From an uncultured Candidatus Saccharibacteria bacterium (GTDB taxonomy: Bacteria; Patescibacteriota; Saccharimonadia; Saccharimonadales; CAZICT01), in the NCBI GenBank assembly GCA_964537935.1, contig CAZICT010000002.1, positions 140,922-204,921 on the forward strand: DNA of 64,000 bases. The letters are read 5' to 3'. Positions 28,379 through 37,957 of this stretch are shown in pieces. The translations under genes and the position numbers were made by a program. The notes below the pieces were generated by a model. The model saw only the letters and a list, made by a program, of their open reading frames with translations. It had not been told where the DNA came from and did no database searches. Each line of letters opens with the position of its first letter. Positions within the stretch are counted from its first letter, which is position 1.

Positions 28379-30445
28379 ATGAACGATACTACTAAAAAAC
28401 AAGCTAAACGGCCTCCAAGACCGGCGAATAAGCAGAATGACAAAGTTAATTCGCCGAAATTAAGAAGTGCCAGTCGTGGCGCGGCCATCCGTGCTCAGCG
28501 ACGCACGCACGATGACGCCCAGCGGCTTATTAATCAATATTTGGACACACCGACACCGAAAACAGAAGAACGCCCAAGAGCTAACTTCATCGATGACAGT
28601 CCCCGACTAAAAATTATCGGCTTAGGCGGTATGGACGGTGGTGGCTCAAAAAATATGATCCTTGTCGAGTATATGAACGATGCCGTTATCATCGACGCTG
28701 GCAATGACCTGGGAGTAGATTTACCGGGTATTAACTACGGTATATGCGATGTCAGCTATGTTGAGTCAATAAGACACAAACTAAAAGCTTACATCATCAC
28801 CCATGGTCACCTGGACCACATAGGCGGGTTACCGCACATTGTACCGAAGCTACCGGCACCGATTTACGGTTCTAAGTTCTCAATCGGACGAGTTGAAGAA
28901 ATTTTTCAAAACTTTGGTCTGCCGATGCCCGAAGGTTTTCAGTTACAGACAGTAATGATGAATGAAGACAACCATGAGCGATTAAAAATCGGAAGCTTCT
29001 TTGTCGAGCTTGTTCGTGTGACACACTCTATTCCTGGCTCAACTATCGTGGTTCTTGATACGCCTGTTGGCCGTATCATCAATACCGGAGATTTCCGGCT
29101 TGATCCAAATCCGCTTGACCATGAACGGACCGATGTCGAACGGCTCAAACAGCTTGGCGATGAAGGTGTATTGGCTCTGTTGAGCGAAAGCACTACTACC
29201 GAGCGTCCAGGACGCACTCCTAGCGAGAGTACTATTGAGCAGAGTTTTATTGATATCATCGACCAGGCCCCGGGACGTATATTTATCGGCTTGTTCTCAA
29301 CCAATATGAACCGGGTTCAAATGATCATAAATGCCGCCACACATCACGGTCGTAAGATTGCTATGGATGGTCGCAGCATGGTTAGTACGCTTGAAATGGC
29401 GGTTCGTCACGGCTTTGTCCGCATACCAAAGGGTACGTTTGTACCGATCGCCAACGTACCGAATATGAAAGACGATGAAATCGTAGTTGTCTGTACCGGC
29501 TCTCAAGGTGAACCAAGCTCAGCTCTACAGCGTATGAGTAACGGAGAGCATAAGCACATCAAGCTTAAAGAGCAGGACACCGTCGTGCTTAGCTCCACGC
29601 CTATTCCTTACTCAGGAAACGATGCGAAAATCAGGGCGATGGTTGATGATCTATATAGAAAAAATGTGCATGTTTTTCGACACGAAACCCGCGAAGTTGA
29701 CGGATGCGGACCGCTACACGTTTCAGGTCATGCCAGCATTGAAGAATACCGCGACATGATTCAAATGACCAAGCCAAAGTTCTTTGTGCCGGTCTATGGT
29801 GACTATACCTCCAAGAGACAGCACATAGAGATCGCCGTCCAAGAAGGAATTCCGCGAAAAAATACAGTCAATGCCGAGAATGGCGAAGTAATTGAATTCA
29901 CCAAAGATAAAATGCAGATTACCGGCAAGGTGCCTGTCGGTACGGTTTTGGTGGATCAAACCGGAGCTGTAGTTAGCAGCGTAGTCATCAAGGATCGTTT
30001 ACTGCTTGCCGAAGAGGGCTTAGTTGCCGTGGTTCTGACAGTTGATAAGAAGTCGGGAAATCTGCTGACCAGCCCGGATATTATTAGCCGGGGCTTTATA
30101 TACATGCGTGATTCCGAGGAGCTGATGAACAACTTTAGGGTTGAGCTAAAGCGAGCTGTACAGCAGCGTTTTCGTCGGGTTGATCTCGATCGATTTAAAC
30201 AAGAGCTGAAAGAGCATGTAACTCATTTCCTTTATGAGCAAACCGGCCGTAGCCCGATCGTTATACCGGTTGTTAATGTAATCGGCGGTAAGTCGGGCGG
30301 AAATACAGGAAACAGCAAACAAAATGGTGATAAGCAGCAGAAGCAGAAGCCAACGCAATCTCCAGAAGAAATAGCCGCTGAACAGCAACGTCGGTTTGAA
30401 GAAATGCGCGCTAAACTACTTGGCCAAGACGCCCGCGTTGATTAG
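28379..30445 (+). CDS. rnj: ribonuclease J with basic N- and Q/K-rich C-terminal extensions
   Basis: Metallo-beta-lactamase motif ITHGHLDHIGG, a beta-CASP region and a C-terminal domain. 688 aa. GAAAGGAAA SD present. Confidence 0.88.
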   Translation: MNDTTKKQAKRPPRPANKQNDKVNSPKLRSASRGAAIRAQRRTHDDAQRLINQYLDTPTPKTEERPRANFIDDSPRLKIIGLGGMDGGGSKNMILVEYMNDAVIIDAGNDLGVDLPGINYGICDVSYVESIRHKLKAYIITHGHLDHIGGLPHIVPKLPAPIYGSKFSIGRVEEIFQNFGLPMPEGFQLQTVMMNEDNHERLKIGSFFVELVRVTHSIPGSTIVVLDTPVGRIINTGDFRLDPNPLDHERTDVERLKQLGDEGVLALLSESTTTERPGRTPSESTIEQSFIDIIDQAPGRIFIGLFSTNMNRVQMIINAATHHGRKIAMDGRSMVSTLEMAVRHGFVRIPKGTFVPIANVPNMKDDEIVVVCTGSQGEPSSALQRMSNGEHKHIKLKEQDTVVLSSTPIPYSGNDAKIRAMVDDLYRKNVHVFRHETREVDGCGPLHVSGHASIEEYRDMIQMTKPKFFVPVYGDYTSKRQHIEIAVQEGIPRKNTVNAENGEVIEFTKDKMQITGKVPVGTVLVDQTGAVVSSVVIKDRLLLAEEGLVAVVLTVDKKSGNLLTSPDIISRGFIYMRDSEELMNNFRVELKRAVQQRFRRVDLDRFKQELKEHVTHFLYEQTGRSPIVIPVVNVIGGKSGGNTGNSKQNGDKQQKQKPTQSPEEIAAEQQRRFEEMRAKLLGQDARVD

Positions 30446-30662
30446 AAACGCTTGGTCTGGGGGTTGCCGGCGGCCTGAATGCCGAACGCATAGAGAAGCA
30501 TCTACCGACGCTTATTGATCGATTTGGAGAAGTAAGTTGGGATGCTGAAGGTCAACTTCATAACCCTAAGCCTGATAAGGGTGGTGATGGTGCACTCGAC
30601 AGATTAGCAGTGAGCGACTATCTGGCAGCCTCGGCGGCTGTCCTAAGACAAGCACAACAAGA

Positions 30663-30691
30663 TTGACTAAAGTTGTAATTTTTGCTATAAT
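30663..30691 (+). promoter_or_regulatory. sigma-70-type promoter (TTGACT-17 bp-TGcTATAAT) 6 nt upstream of an ATG
   Basis: -35 TTGACT at 30663-30668, 17-bp spacer ending in TGc, -10 TATAAT at 30686-30691. The ATG at 30698 has no SD in between. Confidence 0.6.
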
Positions 30692-30697
30692 ATTTGC

Positions 30698-31000
30698 ATG
30701 ACCGACGATGAAGCAGAAGTACTATTCGCAGACCTAGAAGCCGACCCTTTGTTAAGAAGAGAAGCTGGCGAAGGTTGGCATCCTGAAGGCTTGAACCGTA
30801 CGCTTTTGGCGGCGATTGTAGCCAGAGAAATGTACGCTATAGAGTTTGTTGAAGAAGGCCGCCATTGGCCGGATGACGAAAGCGTACTTGCTGAGCCCTA
30901 TAAGGCTCAGGTTACGGCCGTAAACGTACTTAAACACACACTCGGTATAGAAATTCCGCCATCTAAGCCGCTCACTGATGATGAAGAATCCAATTCATAA
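30698..31000 (+). CDS. hypothetical acidic protein (100 aa), probably leaderless
   Basis: ORF begins 6 nt after a near-consensus -10. No motifs recognised. Confidence 0.5.
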   Translation: MTDDEAEVLFADLEADPLLRREAGEGWHPEGLNRTLLAAIVAREMYAIEFVEEGRHWPDDESVLAEPYKAQVTAVNVLKHTLGIEIPPSKPLTDDEESNS

Positions 31001-31041
31001 ACTTCCAATGTCACCTTAAGCGTTTTATAATAAGAGTTCGT

Positions 31042-33240
31042 ATGGCTAAAAAGAAAAAGAAAACCAGGAAAAAGGCAGCCCCCGAGCCAGTTGAGCGTTC
31101 ACAGTTCTGGCCCTATGCTGGTGCGATTATATTGCTGGTGGCGGCCTTCTTTTTGATGCTTGGAGGATTCGGCACCGGCGGCCCATTGCCGGTCAATATG
31201 TTTGAGGGCGCTTATTGGCTGCTTGGCCGAGCTGCCTATTTCTCGCCTATCGCTCTTTTTTTCCTTGGTGTCTGGAAATTTAAAAGCGAAGATCGTCGCA
31301 TCCCCTTAACCAAGCTTACGAGCATGTTCGCTTTTCTGGTACTTGCAGCCAGCTTTCTGCATGTTATATTCGCTACGCAAACAGCTGGCGGCTATGAGGG
31401 TGACAAAGGAGGCTCAACCGGGAGCTTTGTCGGCGGGCTGATGCTTGGTGCTTTGGATAAAATTCCGGCGGCTATATTCTTTTTCGTCTTTTCGGTATTA
31501 GCTTTTCTGCTGACCTTCGGTATTTCGCCGCAAGTACTCCTTAAGGTATTCGATATCTTTAAACGTCCAGAAAAAGATGATACGGACCTAAATGAACTTA
31601 AGTCCAAAGCTCAACAGGGCGGCTTCAAGCTAAACGAAGGAGTGCCCGTAGAGCACCATACCGGGGATCGGGATAAGGTTCGACTTAGTACGCTAAAAAA
31701 CAGTGCGCAAAAGCTTTCTATCAATGAAGACCATGCCGCTCTGACAGTGGCCAGTGACCCGGAATGGAAGTTTCCGGGAATTGATTTATTAAACCAAAAG
31801 CAAGATAAAGCTGATGCCGGCGATGTAGAAGGCAATGCCGATGCCATTAAAGAAACTTTCGATAACTTCAACATTAACGTTGAGATGGAAGGCGCAAATA
31901 TAGGTCCGCGCGTAACACAATACACCTTAAAGCCGCCAACCGGAGTAAAACTGACAAAGATTACGGCTTTAGAGAACAATTTAGCGCTTGATTTGGCAGC
32001 GACTTCAATAAGGATTGAGGCCCCGATTCCCGGAAAGCGACTGGTAGGAATTGAGGTTCCGAACGTTAAGCCTGCAACAGTTAGAATCAGCAGCTTAATT
32101 CAGTCTAATGACTGGAAGCGACTAAACAGCCCGCTCGGATTTGTGATCGGTAAAGATATTGCCGGTGTACCAATGGTGGGTGATCTGGCAAAGATGCCGC
32201 ACCTTTTGGTAGCGGGGCAAACCGGCTCTGGTAAGTCGGTAATGATTAATACGATACTTACCAGCATGTTGTATCGCAATAGTCCGGCAGATTTGAAATT
32301 AATCCTGGTTGACCCAAAACAAGTTGAACTTACTCCGTATAATGACATTCCGCACTTATTAACGCCGGTAATCAACGAACCGGAAAAGTGTATATCTGCG
32401 CTTAAATGGGCGGTCGCAGAAATGGAACGACGTTTGAGGACCATGGCAGAGGTGGGTCGGCGAAATATTGTTGAGTATAACAACCTCAAAAAAGAAGAAG
32501 GCATGCCGTATGTGGTTATCGTGATAGATGAGCTTGCGGATCTTATGATGATGGCTGCTCGTGACGTAGAATCGCTAATTGTGCGGATTGCTCAAAAAGC
32601 TCGGGCTGCCGGAATCCATCTGGTACTTGCTACGCAGCGTCCGAGCGTCGATATCATTACCGGCTTGATTAAAGCGAATGTGCCGGCGCGGATAGCATTC
32701 ACTACTGCCAGCCAGGTCGATTCTCGAACGATCATTGATCAGGCCGGCTCAGAGAAATTACTAGGACAAGGCGATATGCTGTTTCTTACCTCCGACATGC
32801 CCAAGCCCAAACGTGTTCAGGGAGCATTCATATCAGATGAAGAAACCGCTAAAATCACAGAGTTTATACGCGAACAGCGTCCGCCGCAGTATGATGATGA
32901 GGTCATAAGTCAGCCGGTACAAATAGGTAAGGGTGGCGTAGTAGCTGATATTGGCGGCGCTGACGCCGATGATGATATGTACAAAGATGCGGTGCGGGCA
33001 GTGATTGAAAGCGGCAAAGCCAGCACAAGTTTATTGCAGCGACGCCTGCGTATTGGCTATGGCCGTGCAGCCCGTATCATTGAGACCATGGAAGAACAGG
33101 GGATTATTGGTCCGGCCGACGGCAATCGACCGCGTGATGTGCTGGTAACTTCTCTTGATGACGTCTACGGTGGTGGTGGAAGCACCGATGAAGACGAAAT
33201 GTATGATGAAAATTTTCCTCAGGACATACGCCCCAGATAG
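31042..33240 (+). CDS. ftsK: DNA translocase FtsK
   Basis: N-terminal TM helices, Walker A VAGQTGSGKSV, Walker B VVIVIDELADLMM, and a gamma winged-helix domain (SLLQRRLRIGYGRAARIIETMEEQGIIGP). Confidence 0.92.
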   Translation: MAKKKKKTRKKAAPEPVERSQFWPYAGAIILLVAAFFLMLGGFGTGGPLPVNMFEGAYWLLGRAAYFSPIALFFLGVWKFKSEDRRIPLTKLTSMFAFLVLAASFLHVIFATQTAGGYEGDKGGSTGSFVGGLMLGALDKIPAAIFFFVFSVLAFLLTFGISPQVLLKVFDIFKRPEKDDTDLNELKSKAQQGGFKLNEGVPVEHHTGDRDKVRLSTLKNSAQKLSINEDHAALTVASDPEWKFPGIDLLNQKQDKADAGDVEGNADAIKETFDNFNINVEMEGANIGPRVTQYTLKPPTGVKLTKITALENNLALDLAATSIRIEAPIPGKRLVGIEVPNVKPATVRISSLIQSNDWKRLNSPLGFVIGKDIAGVPMVGDLAKMPHLLVAGQTGSGKSVMINTILTSMLYRNSPADLKLILVDPKQVELTPYNDIPHLLTPVINEPEKCISALKWAVAEMERRLRTMAEVGRRNIVEYNNLKKEEGMPYVVIVIDELADLMMMAARDVESLIVRIAQKARAAGIHLVLATQRPSVDIITGLIKANVPARIAFTTASQVDSRTIIDQAGSEKLLGQGDMLFLTSDMPKPKRVQGAFISDEETAKITEFIREQRPPQYDDEVISQPVQIGKGGVVADIGGADADDDMYKDAVRAVIESGKASTSLLQRRLRIGYGRAARIIETMEEQGIIGPADGNRPRDVLVTSLDDVYGGGGSTDEDEMYDENFPQDIRPR

Positions 33241-33315
33241 TAAAAAAGCACTTGCCTAAGCGAATAATTCTTCTTTATAGTTAGGATTAATAAAATACAA
33301 AAAGCAGGAGGGGAT

Positions 33316-34389
33316 ATGTCGCTAAAAACGCCAGAACGCGAATGCGTAACTGGTTTTGATACCCTTCGACACTTTCAGTCCCTCGATTTTCCAGCGAGGG
33401 ACTTTTCTTTTGCGCCAAATCCTGACTACGACAGATACCTAAGGATACACAAAGTATTCGTAGGTAATAATGGAGCCGAAGAGCTGATAGCGGTTCATCA
33501 TGGACTTGAAGACGAGTTTCTGCCGCGCTACTTAACTGCAGCTGGGTGGGCGGCGATAGAGGCCGGTCTTGTGCACGAAGGTATGAGTACCCGGGAAAGG
33601 CTGCTACTCATCGAAAAAGGTGAAAACTGCTGGAGGAAAGCCCTGGAACATCAATGCGAGTTCAATGATTCAAATTCTGAGTATTTAATCGAAGATGCAT
33701 TTACTTACCGGACAGCCCTTGATCTCGCTATTGCGCCGTTACTTAAAGGAGTTGTGGTAGGGGATGTCACTAGAACTACGGCTGAAAACGTGTTTCGTGA
33801 TTGCTTAAACATTGCCCAAGCCGCGGAGGTCCAGTATCGGCTGGCGGCCGAACGAGGGGACACGGTTGCTATAGCCGAATTCCTTGGATTTGGTTATGAG
33901 GCGAATGCGCTGCTTTCACTAAACAGGACTCTCTCCAGAACATGGTTTGCCATACCATCAATGACTCGCTCAGACAGCGGGCATCACCACAGGAATCAAA
34001 CTCACGATTTATTAGTCGTACACCAGAACTGGGGTGAAATTAAGAGCATTACTCCTGTGGAAGTTAAAGCTTCCGCCTGTGCCCGGGACAGGAAACGATA
34101 CAGAGCGCTACTAGTCAGGGGAAAGATGCATCTGTCTTATCCGGGTAAATATAAACCAGGTGATACGCTTGAAGCTATTACGGCTGTATATGAAGGAAGA
34201 GCTACCAAGGAGGAATTAGAAATCGCTGAAGCTGTGAGTGGCCGGTTTATCAGTATGTTGAGGGATTACTATGAGGGTGAGCGTCTAGGCAGCATAGCCA
34301 CCAGCAGAAGTGTGACCGTATTTCATGATAATTCGGTGGTAGCTTCCAGGCATCCGGGTTTAAGCTTGGATCTGAAGAAGGCCGGATAG
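33316..34389 (+). CDS. hypothetical protein with C-terminal PD-(D/E)xK-like nuclease motif
   Basis: 357-aa ORF with AGGAGG SD. GYEANAL...THDLLVVHQNWGEIKSITPVEVKAS gives an E / D / E-x-K arrangement. The N-terminal half is helical and unrecognised. Confidence 0.5.
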   Translation: MSLKTPERECVTGFDTLRHFQSLDFPARDFSFAPNPDYDRYLRIHKVFVGNNGAEELIAVHHGLEDEFLPRYLTAAGWAAIEAGLVHEGMSTRERLLLIEKGENCWRKALEHQCEFNDSNSEYLIEDAFTYRTALDLAIAPLLKGVVVGDVTRTTAENVFRDCLNIAQAAEVQYRLAAERGDTVAIAEFLGFGYEANALLSLNRTLSRTWFAIPSMTRSDSGHHHRNQTHDLLVVHQNWGEIKSITPVEVKASACARDRKRYRALLVRGKMHLSYPGKYKPGDTLEAITAVYEGRATKEELEIAEAVSGRFISMLRDYYEGERLGSIATSRSVTVFHDNSVVASRHPGLSLDLKKAG

Positions 34390-34485
34390 TTGAAAAACAG
34401 GGGCAATTACGATATAATCAGCCTACTATAAACTCAGCTTGCATCCATTATGTGAGTGCAGGCTTTAACCAAGGGAGCGTTCTCT

Positions 34486-34866
34486 ATGAACCAGTACGAA
34501 ATTGCTGTTTTGTATCATCCTGATTTAGAGGTTGATCTGACAAAGGCAGAAGAGCGGGTAACCAAGATACTTACCGGTAACGGCGGTAAGGTTGTGGCAA
34601 CCGACAACTGGGGTAAGCGTAAACTGGCTTATCCGATAAAAAAAGAAGAACATGCTGTATATGTATTTTATACGGTTGAATTGCCGGCCGAAAGTGTTCG
34701 AAAAGTAGAAAATACTTTGAATATTACCGATGAGGTAATCCGGTATCTAATCGTACGGCCTGATTTGAAGGCAATTGCTAAGGCCGAAGCAGCCAAGACG
34801 GAAAAAGCCAAAAAAGCAGCTGAGCGCAAAGAATCTGACACTCAGGATGACGAAGAGGAAGAATAG
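34486..34866 (+). CDS. rpsF: 30S ribosomal protein S6
   Basis: MNQYEIAVLYHPD, NWGKRKLAYPI and acidic tail. AAGGGAG SD lies 8 nt upstream of the ATG at 34486, which I prefer to the track's GTG at 34456. Confidence 0.9.
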   Translation: MNQYEIAVLYHPDLEVDLTKAEERVTKILTGNGGKVVATDNWGKRKLAYPIKKEEHAVYVFYTVELPAESVRKVENTLNITDEVIRYLIVRPDLKAIAKAEAAKTEKAKKAAERKESDTQDDEEEE

Positions 34867-34909
34867 AGTACAATTGGAGCTATAAGGCTTAATGAGAGGA
34901 CTTTAAGAT

Positions 34910-35383
34910 ATGGCACGAAGCGTAAACCAAGTAATGTTAATGGGTAATCTGACGCGCGATCCTGAGCTCAGACAGACCCCTAACGGACAATCGGTCGTTA
35001 GTTTCAGTCTAGCTCTTAACCGTGCTTACAAAGATCAAAGCGGTCAATGGCAGGAGGCAACCGATTTCATAGACGTTGTAGCATGGGCTGGGCTGGCTGA
35101 ACGAGTTAGTCAGTACCTAAGCAAGGGCAGTCGCTGTTTAGTTCAAGGGCGTTTACAGAGCCGCAGCTGGGAACAGGACGGACAAAAACGCAGCAAAGTC
35201 GAAGTTCTTGCTAATGACGTTACGTTTCTAGACAGCCGTGGCGGCGGAGGTGATGCCAGCGAAAGCGGTAGTAACTTCAACCAAAGTAGCGGCACAAAAC
35301 CAACACCGAGCAAGAAAAAAGAAGACGTCGTAATTGAAGATATCGGTGACGAGCCGATTAATCTTGATGACATCCCGTTCTAG
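34910..35383 (+). CDS. ssb: single-stranded DNA-binding protein
   Basis: NQVMLMGNLTRDPELRQTPNG OB-fold N-terminus, a G/S-rich linker and the acidic tip DDIPF. Confidence 0.92.
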   Translation: MARSVNQVMLMGNLTRDPELRQTPNGQSVVSFSLALNRAYKDQSGQWQEATDFIDVVAWAGLAERVSQYLSKGSRCLVQGRLQSRSWEQDGQKRSKVEVLANDVTFLDSRGGGGDASESGSNFNQSSGTKPTPSKKKEDVVIEDIGDEPINLDDIPF

Positions 35384-35471
35384 CATTTTTTATTTAATAA
35401 TTAACATTTCCATTTATTGTCTGAAAAATGACGAATGGTAAATCACAAATTTTCGACCATAGGGAGGAACC

Positions 35472-35675
35472 ATGGCAAAGATTTTTAAACCCCGAACAGA
35501 CGTAGCGTATTTTGACTATAAGGATTTCAAAACCTTACAGCGATACGTAAACCAGTACGGACAGATAGAGAGCCGTAAGAAAACCGGACTCCGTGAGAGT
35601 GAACAACGTCGATTGGCAGTCGCTATTAAGCGTGCCCGGCATATTGCTTTACTGCCGTTCGTAGCGAACAACTAA
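35472..35675 (+). CDS. rpsR: 30S ribosomal protein S18
   Basis: [26 protein letters not shown]...[27 protein letters not shown] present. Gene order rpsF-ssb-rpsR. Confidence 0.9.
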   Translation: MAKIFKPRTDVAYFDYKDFKTLQRYVNQYGQIESRKKTGLRESEQRRLAVAIKRARHIALLPFVANN

Positions 35676-35694
35676 TCAGCGTCGCGGAGCGTAG

Positions 35695-36048
35695 GTGGAT
35701 ACTGAGGCAAAACTTGCTAAAAATATAGTTTCGCTAGAGAAACTGTTTATACAATTGCCAAATGTCTACAACAGAAGAGCACTTGCGCATACTCATCGTG
35801 AACTGTTCAATGATGCAATTGTGCTCATCTCAAGGGCTCGCGAACAAATCTTGTTTTCCTTAGGCGATGAAGACGAGGACGCACGGTCAAGAGGTTTCAA
35901 ATTCTCACTAGAGCTAATTACCGAGTGGGAAGAGAAGCTAAATAGAGCCAGCACAGATGACTTGATAGATACGGTTGATATGGCGCACCTGTCGGCACTT
36001 GCTGATGACTGTAAATCGCATCTGAAAAAGTTCGTAAGAATGACATAG
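35695..36048 (+). CDS. hypothetical helical protein (117 aa)
   Basis: GTG start with GGAG 8 nt upstream. No motif recognised. Confidence 0.4.
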   Translation: MDTEAKLAKNIVSLEKLFIQLPNVYNRRALAHTHRELFNDAIVLISRAREQILFSLGDEDEDARSRGFKFSLELITEWEEKLNRASTDDLIDTVDMAHLSALADDCKSHLKKFVRMT

Positions 36049-36110
36049 ATTACGAACTCACTATGAGTGGTCTGACGATTAATCCTAGCTAATGACGAAA
36101 AGGAGTAAAT

Positions 36111-36677
36111 ATGGCTTTAGGTGTAACGGATCTTAAAAAAGGGCAGGTCTTTCAGATGGATGGTGTGCCATACCGGGTGGTGGAGTATGCTCAAAAAGTT
36201 ATGGGCCGCGGCGGTTCAATTGTGAACGTCAAAATTAAAAGCCTGATTGACGGCAAAGTGTTAAGCAAGACTTTTAAGGGCAATGAGTCAATAGAGCCGG
36301 CAGATATAAACCACAAGACGGTTCAATATTTGTATAATGACGGAAATACTTACTTCTTTATGGATGAGCAGACATATGATCAGTTTGAGCTTTCGGCAGA
36401 AGATATGGCCGAGCTGGGCGGCTTCATGAAAGAAGGAGACCGAGTCCAGGCCCAGTTGTTTGACGGACGCGTAATCAACATTGAGTTGCCTAAAAATGTA
36501 CCTTTAAAAGTAACCTACACAGAAGATGTCGTAAAAGGCGACACAACCAGCAGTGTAATGAAGGATGCAACACTTGAAACGGGAATTACGGTCAAGGTGC
36601 CGGCTTTTATTAAAGTTAGTGATATAATTTCGGTAGATACTACTACCGGCACTTATCGGGAGCGTGTAAAGGGTTAG
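36111..36677 (+). CDS. efp: translation elongation factor P
   Basis: DLKKGQVFQMDGVPYRVVEYAQKVMGRGGSIVNVKIKSL and the three-domain length of 188 aa. Confidence 0.92.
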   Translation: MALGVTDLKKGQVFQMDGVPYRVVEYAQKVMGRGGSIVNVKIKSLIDGKVLSKTFKGNESIEPADINHKTVQYLYNDGNTYFFMDEQTYDQFELSAEDMAELGGFMKEGDRVQAQLFDGRVINIELPKNVPLKVTYTEDVVKGDTTSSVMKDATLETGITVKVPAFIKVSDIISVDTTTGTYRERVKG

Positions 36678-36679
36678 GA

Positions 36680-37186
36680 ATGATTATTGCCTTTGAGCAG
36701 CTAGCTTCACTCAGAGATGAATTAAGCGATCAATCAATCGTTTTGCGTACAGGTTGTTACGATTTAATACACGAAGGGCATATCCACAGTTTGCAGTTTG
36801 CAAAAGAACAGGGCGATATCCTGGTGGTAGGTGTTTATCCGGACAGCCGGGTCACGGAACGGAAAGGCCCTTCGCGGCCAATACGCCCCGAGTTAGCTCG
36901 ACTTGCTATAGTGGATGCTTTTCAATATACGGACTACAGCCTGTTAATGCCTCCAAGTGATGAAGAGGGAGGACACGCAACCTTAAAGGTAGTTGATGCA
37001 CTGCGGCCCGATGTATTTGTTGCCCCTAAGCCGCCGGACGGTTCGTTGCCGCATCCGAATGATGAACTGATTCGGGCCATGGGAACCTGTATCATTTTTG
37101 ATGCGAATCCGCTTCCATCTTCAACAACTGAGATTATTGAGACGGTCCTTCAGAGTTACGGCAATCAATATGCTGGAGTAAGATGA
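36680..37186 (+). CDS. cytidylyltransferase-family nucleotidyltransferase (RfaE domain II / TagD-like)
   Basis: GCYDLIHEGHIHSL carries the (H/T)xGH motif of the nucleotidylyltransferase superfamily. 168 aa. Confidence 0.65.
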   Translation: MIIAFEQLASLRDELSDQSIVLRTGCYDLIHEGHIHSLQFAKEQGDILVVGVYPDSRVTERKGPSRPIRPELARLAIVDAFQYTDYSLLMPPSDEEGGHATLKVVDALRPDVFVAPKPPDGSLPHPNDELIRAMGTCIIFDANPLPSSTTEIIETVLQSYGNQYAGVR

Positions 37187-37914
37187 GGCAGCGGCTAGAC
37201 CAAGAGCTGGTTGCTCGTGGTGCAGTAACGTCACGGAGCCAGGCAGAAAACTATATACGGCTTGGCAAAGTCAAAGTAAACCAAAAAACTATTACTAAAT
37301 CCGGTTTCCTGGTCAATCCCGAAGACAAAATCAAATTAGAGGCCGATCAGTATGTTAGCCGAGCGGGACTTAAGCTGGCATCTGTCGCTGCAAAGTTGAA
37401 TTTAAATTTCAAAGAAAAAGTAGTGCTCGATGTCGGTTCCAGTACGGGCGGGTTTACGGATTATGCCTTACGTCACGGAGCCAAAAAAGTAATAGCCGTA
37501 GACGTAGGAACTAACCAGCTGCATCAAAGTCTGCGTGGTGATGAACGCATTGAACTGCATGAAAAAACAGATATTCGGAATTTGAACACACTTTCTGAAT
37601 CTCCGGATATTGTCGTTATTGATGTGTCTTTCATTTCTCTCAGGGAAATACTCCCAACAGTGGTTAAACTCTCATTAGAACACACCAAAATAGTGGCAAT
37701 GGTTAAACCGCAATTTGAAGCTGGAAGCTCCAAAAAACACAAAGGCGTCATAAAAAATGATGCAGTACGTCGAGATATTCTTAAAGACTTTGAACGGTGG
37801 GCACAAAAATTGTTCATTATTGCCGATAAGGCCGATTCCGAAGTGACTGGCAGCAAAGGCAACACCGAACGCTTTTATCTGCTAAAAAAGCTCGCGAATG
37901 CCAAATCTGCTTAA
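37183..37914 (+). CDS. tlyA: TlyA-family rRNA 2'-O-methyltransferase
   Basis: S4-like N-terminus (RLDQELVARGAVTSRSQAENYIRLGKVKVN), then FtsJ-like VLDVGSSTGGFTDYAL. ATGA overlap with the upstream gene. Confidence 0.82.
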   Translation: MRQRLDQELVARGAVTSRSQAENYIRLGKVKVNQKTITKSGFLVNPEDKIKLEADQYVSRAGLKLASVAAKLNLNFKEKVVLDVGSSTGGFTDYALRHGAKKVIAVDVGTNQLHQSLRGDERIELHEKTDIRNLNTLSESPDIVVIDVSFISLREILPTVVKLSLEHTKIVAMVKPQFEAGSSKKHKGVIKNDAVRRDILKDFERWAQKLFIIADKADSEVTGSKGNTERFYLLKKLANAKSA

Positions 37915-37957
37915 GCTATGTTCCCAAAACTATTAATACTGGTTACTATTGAAGCAT

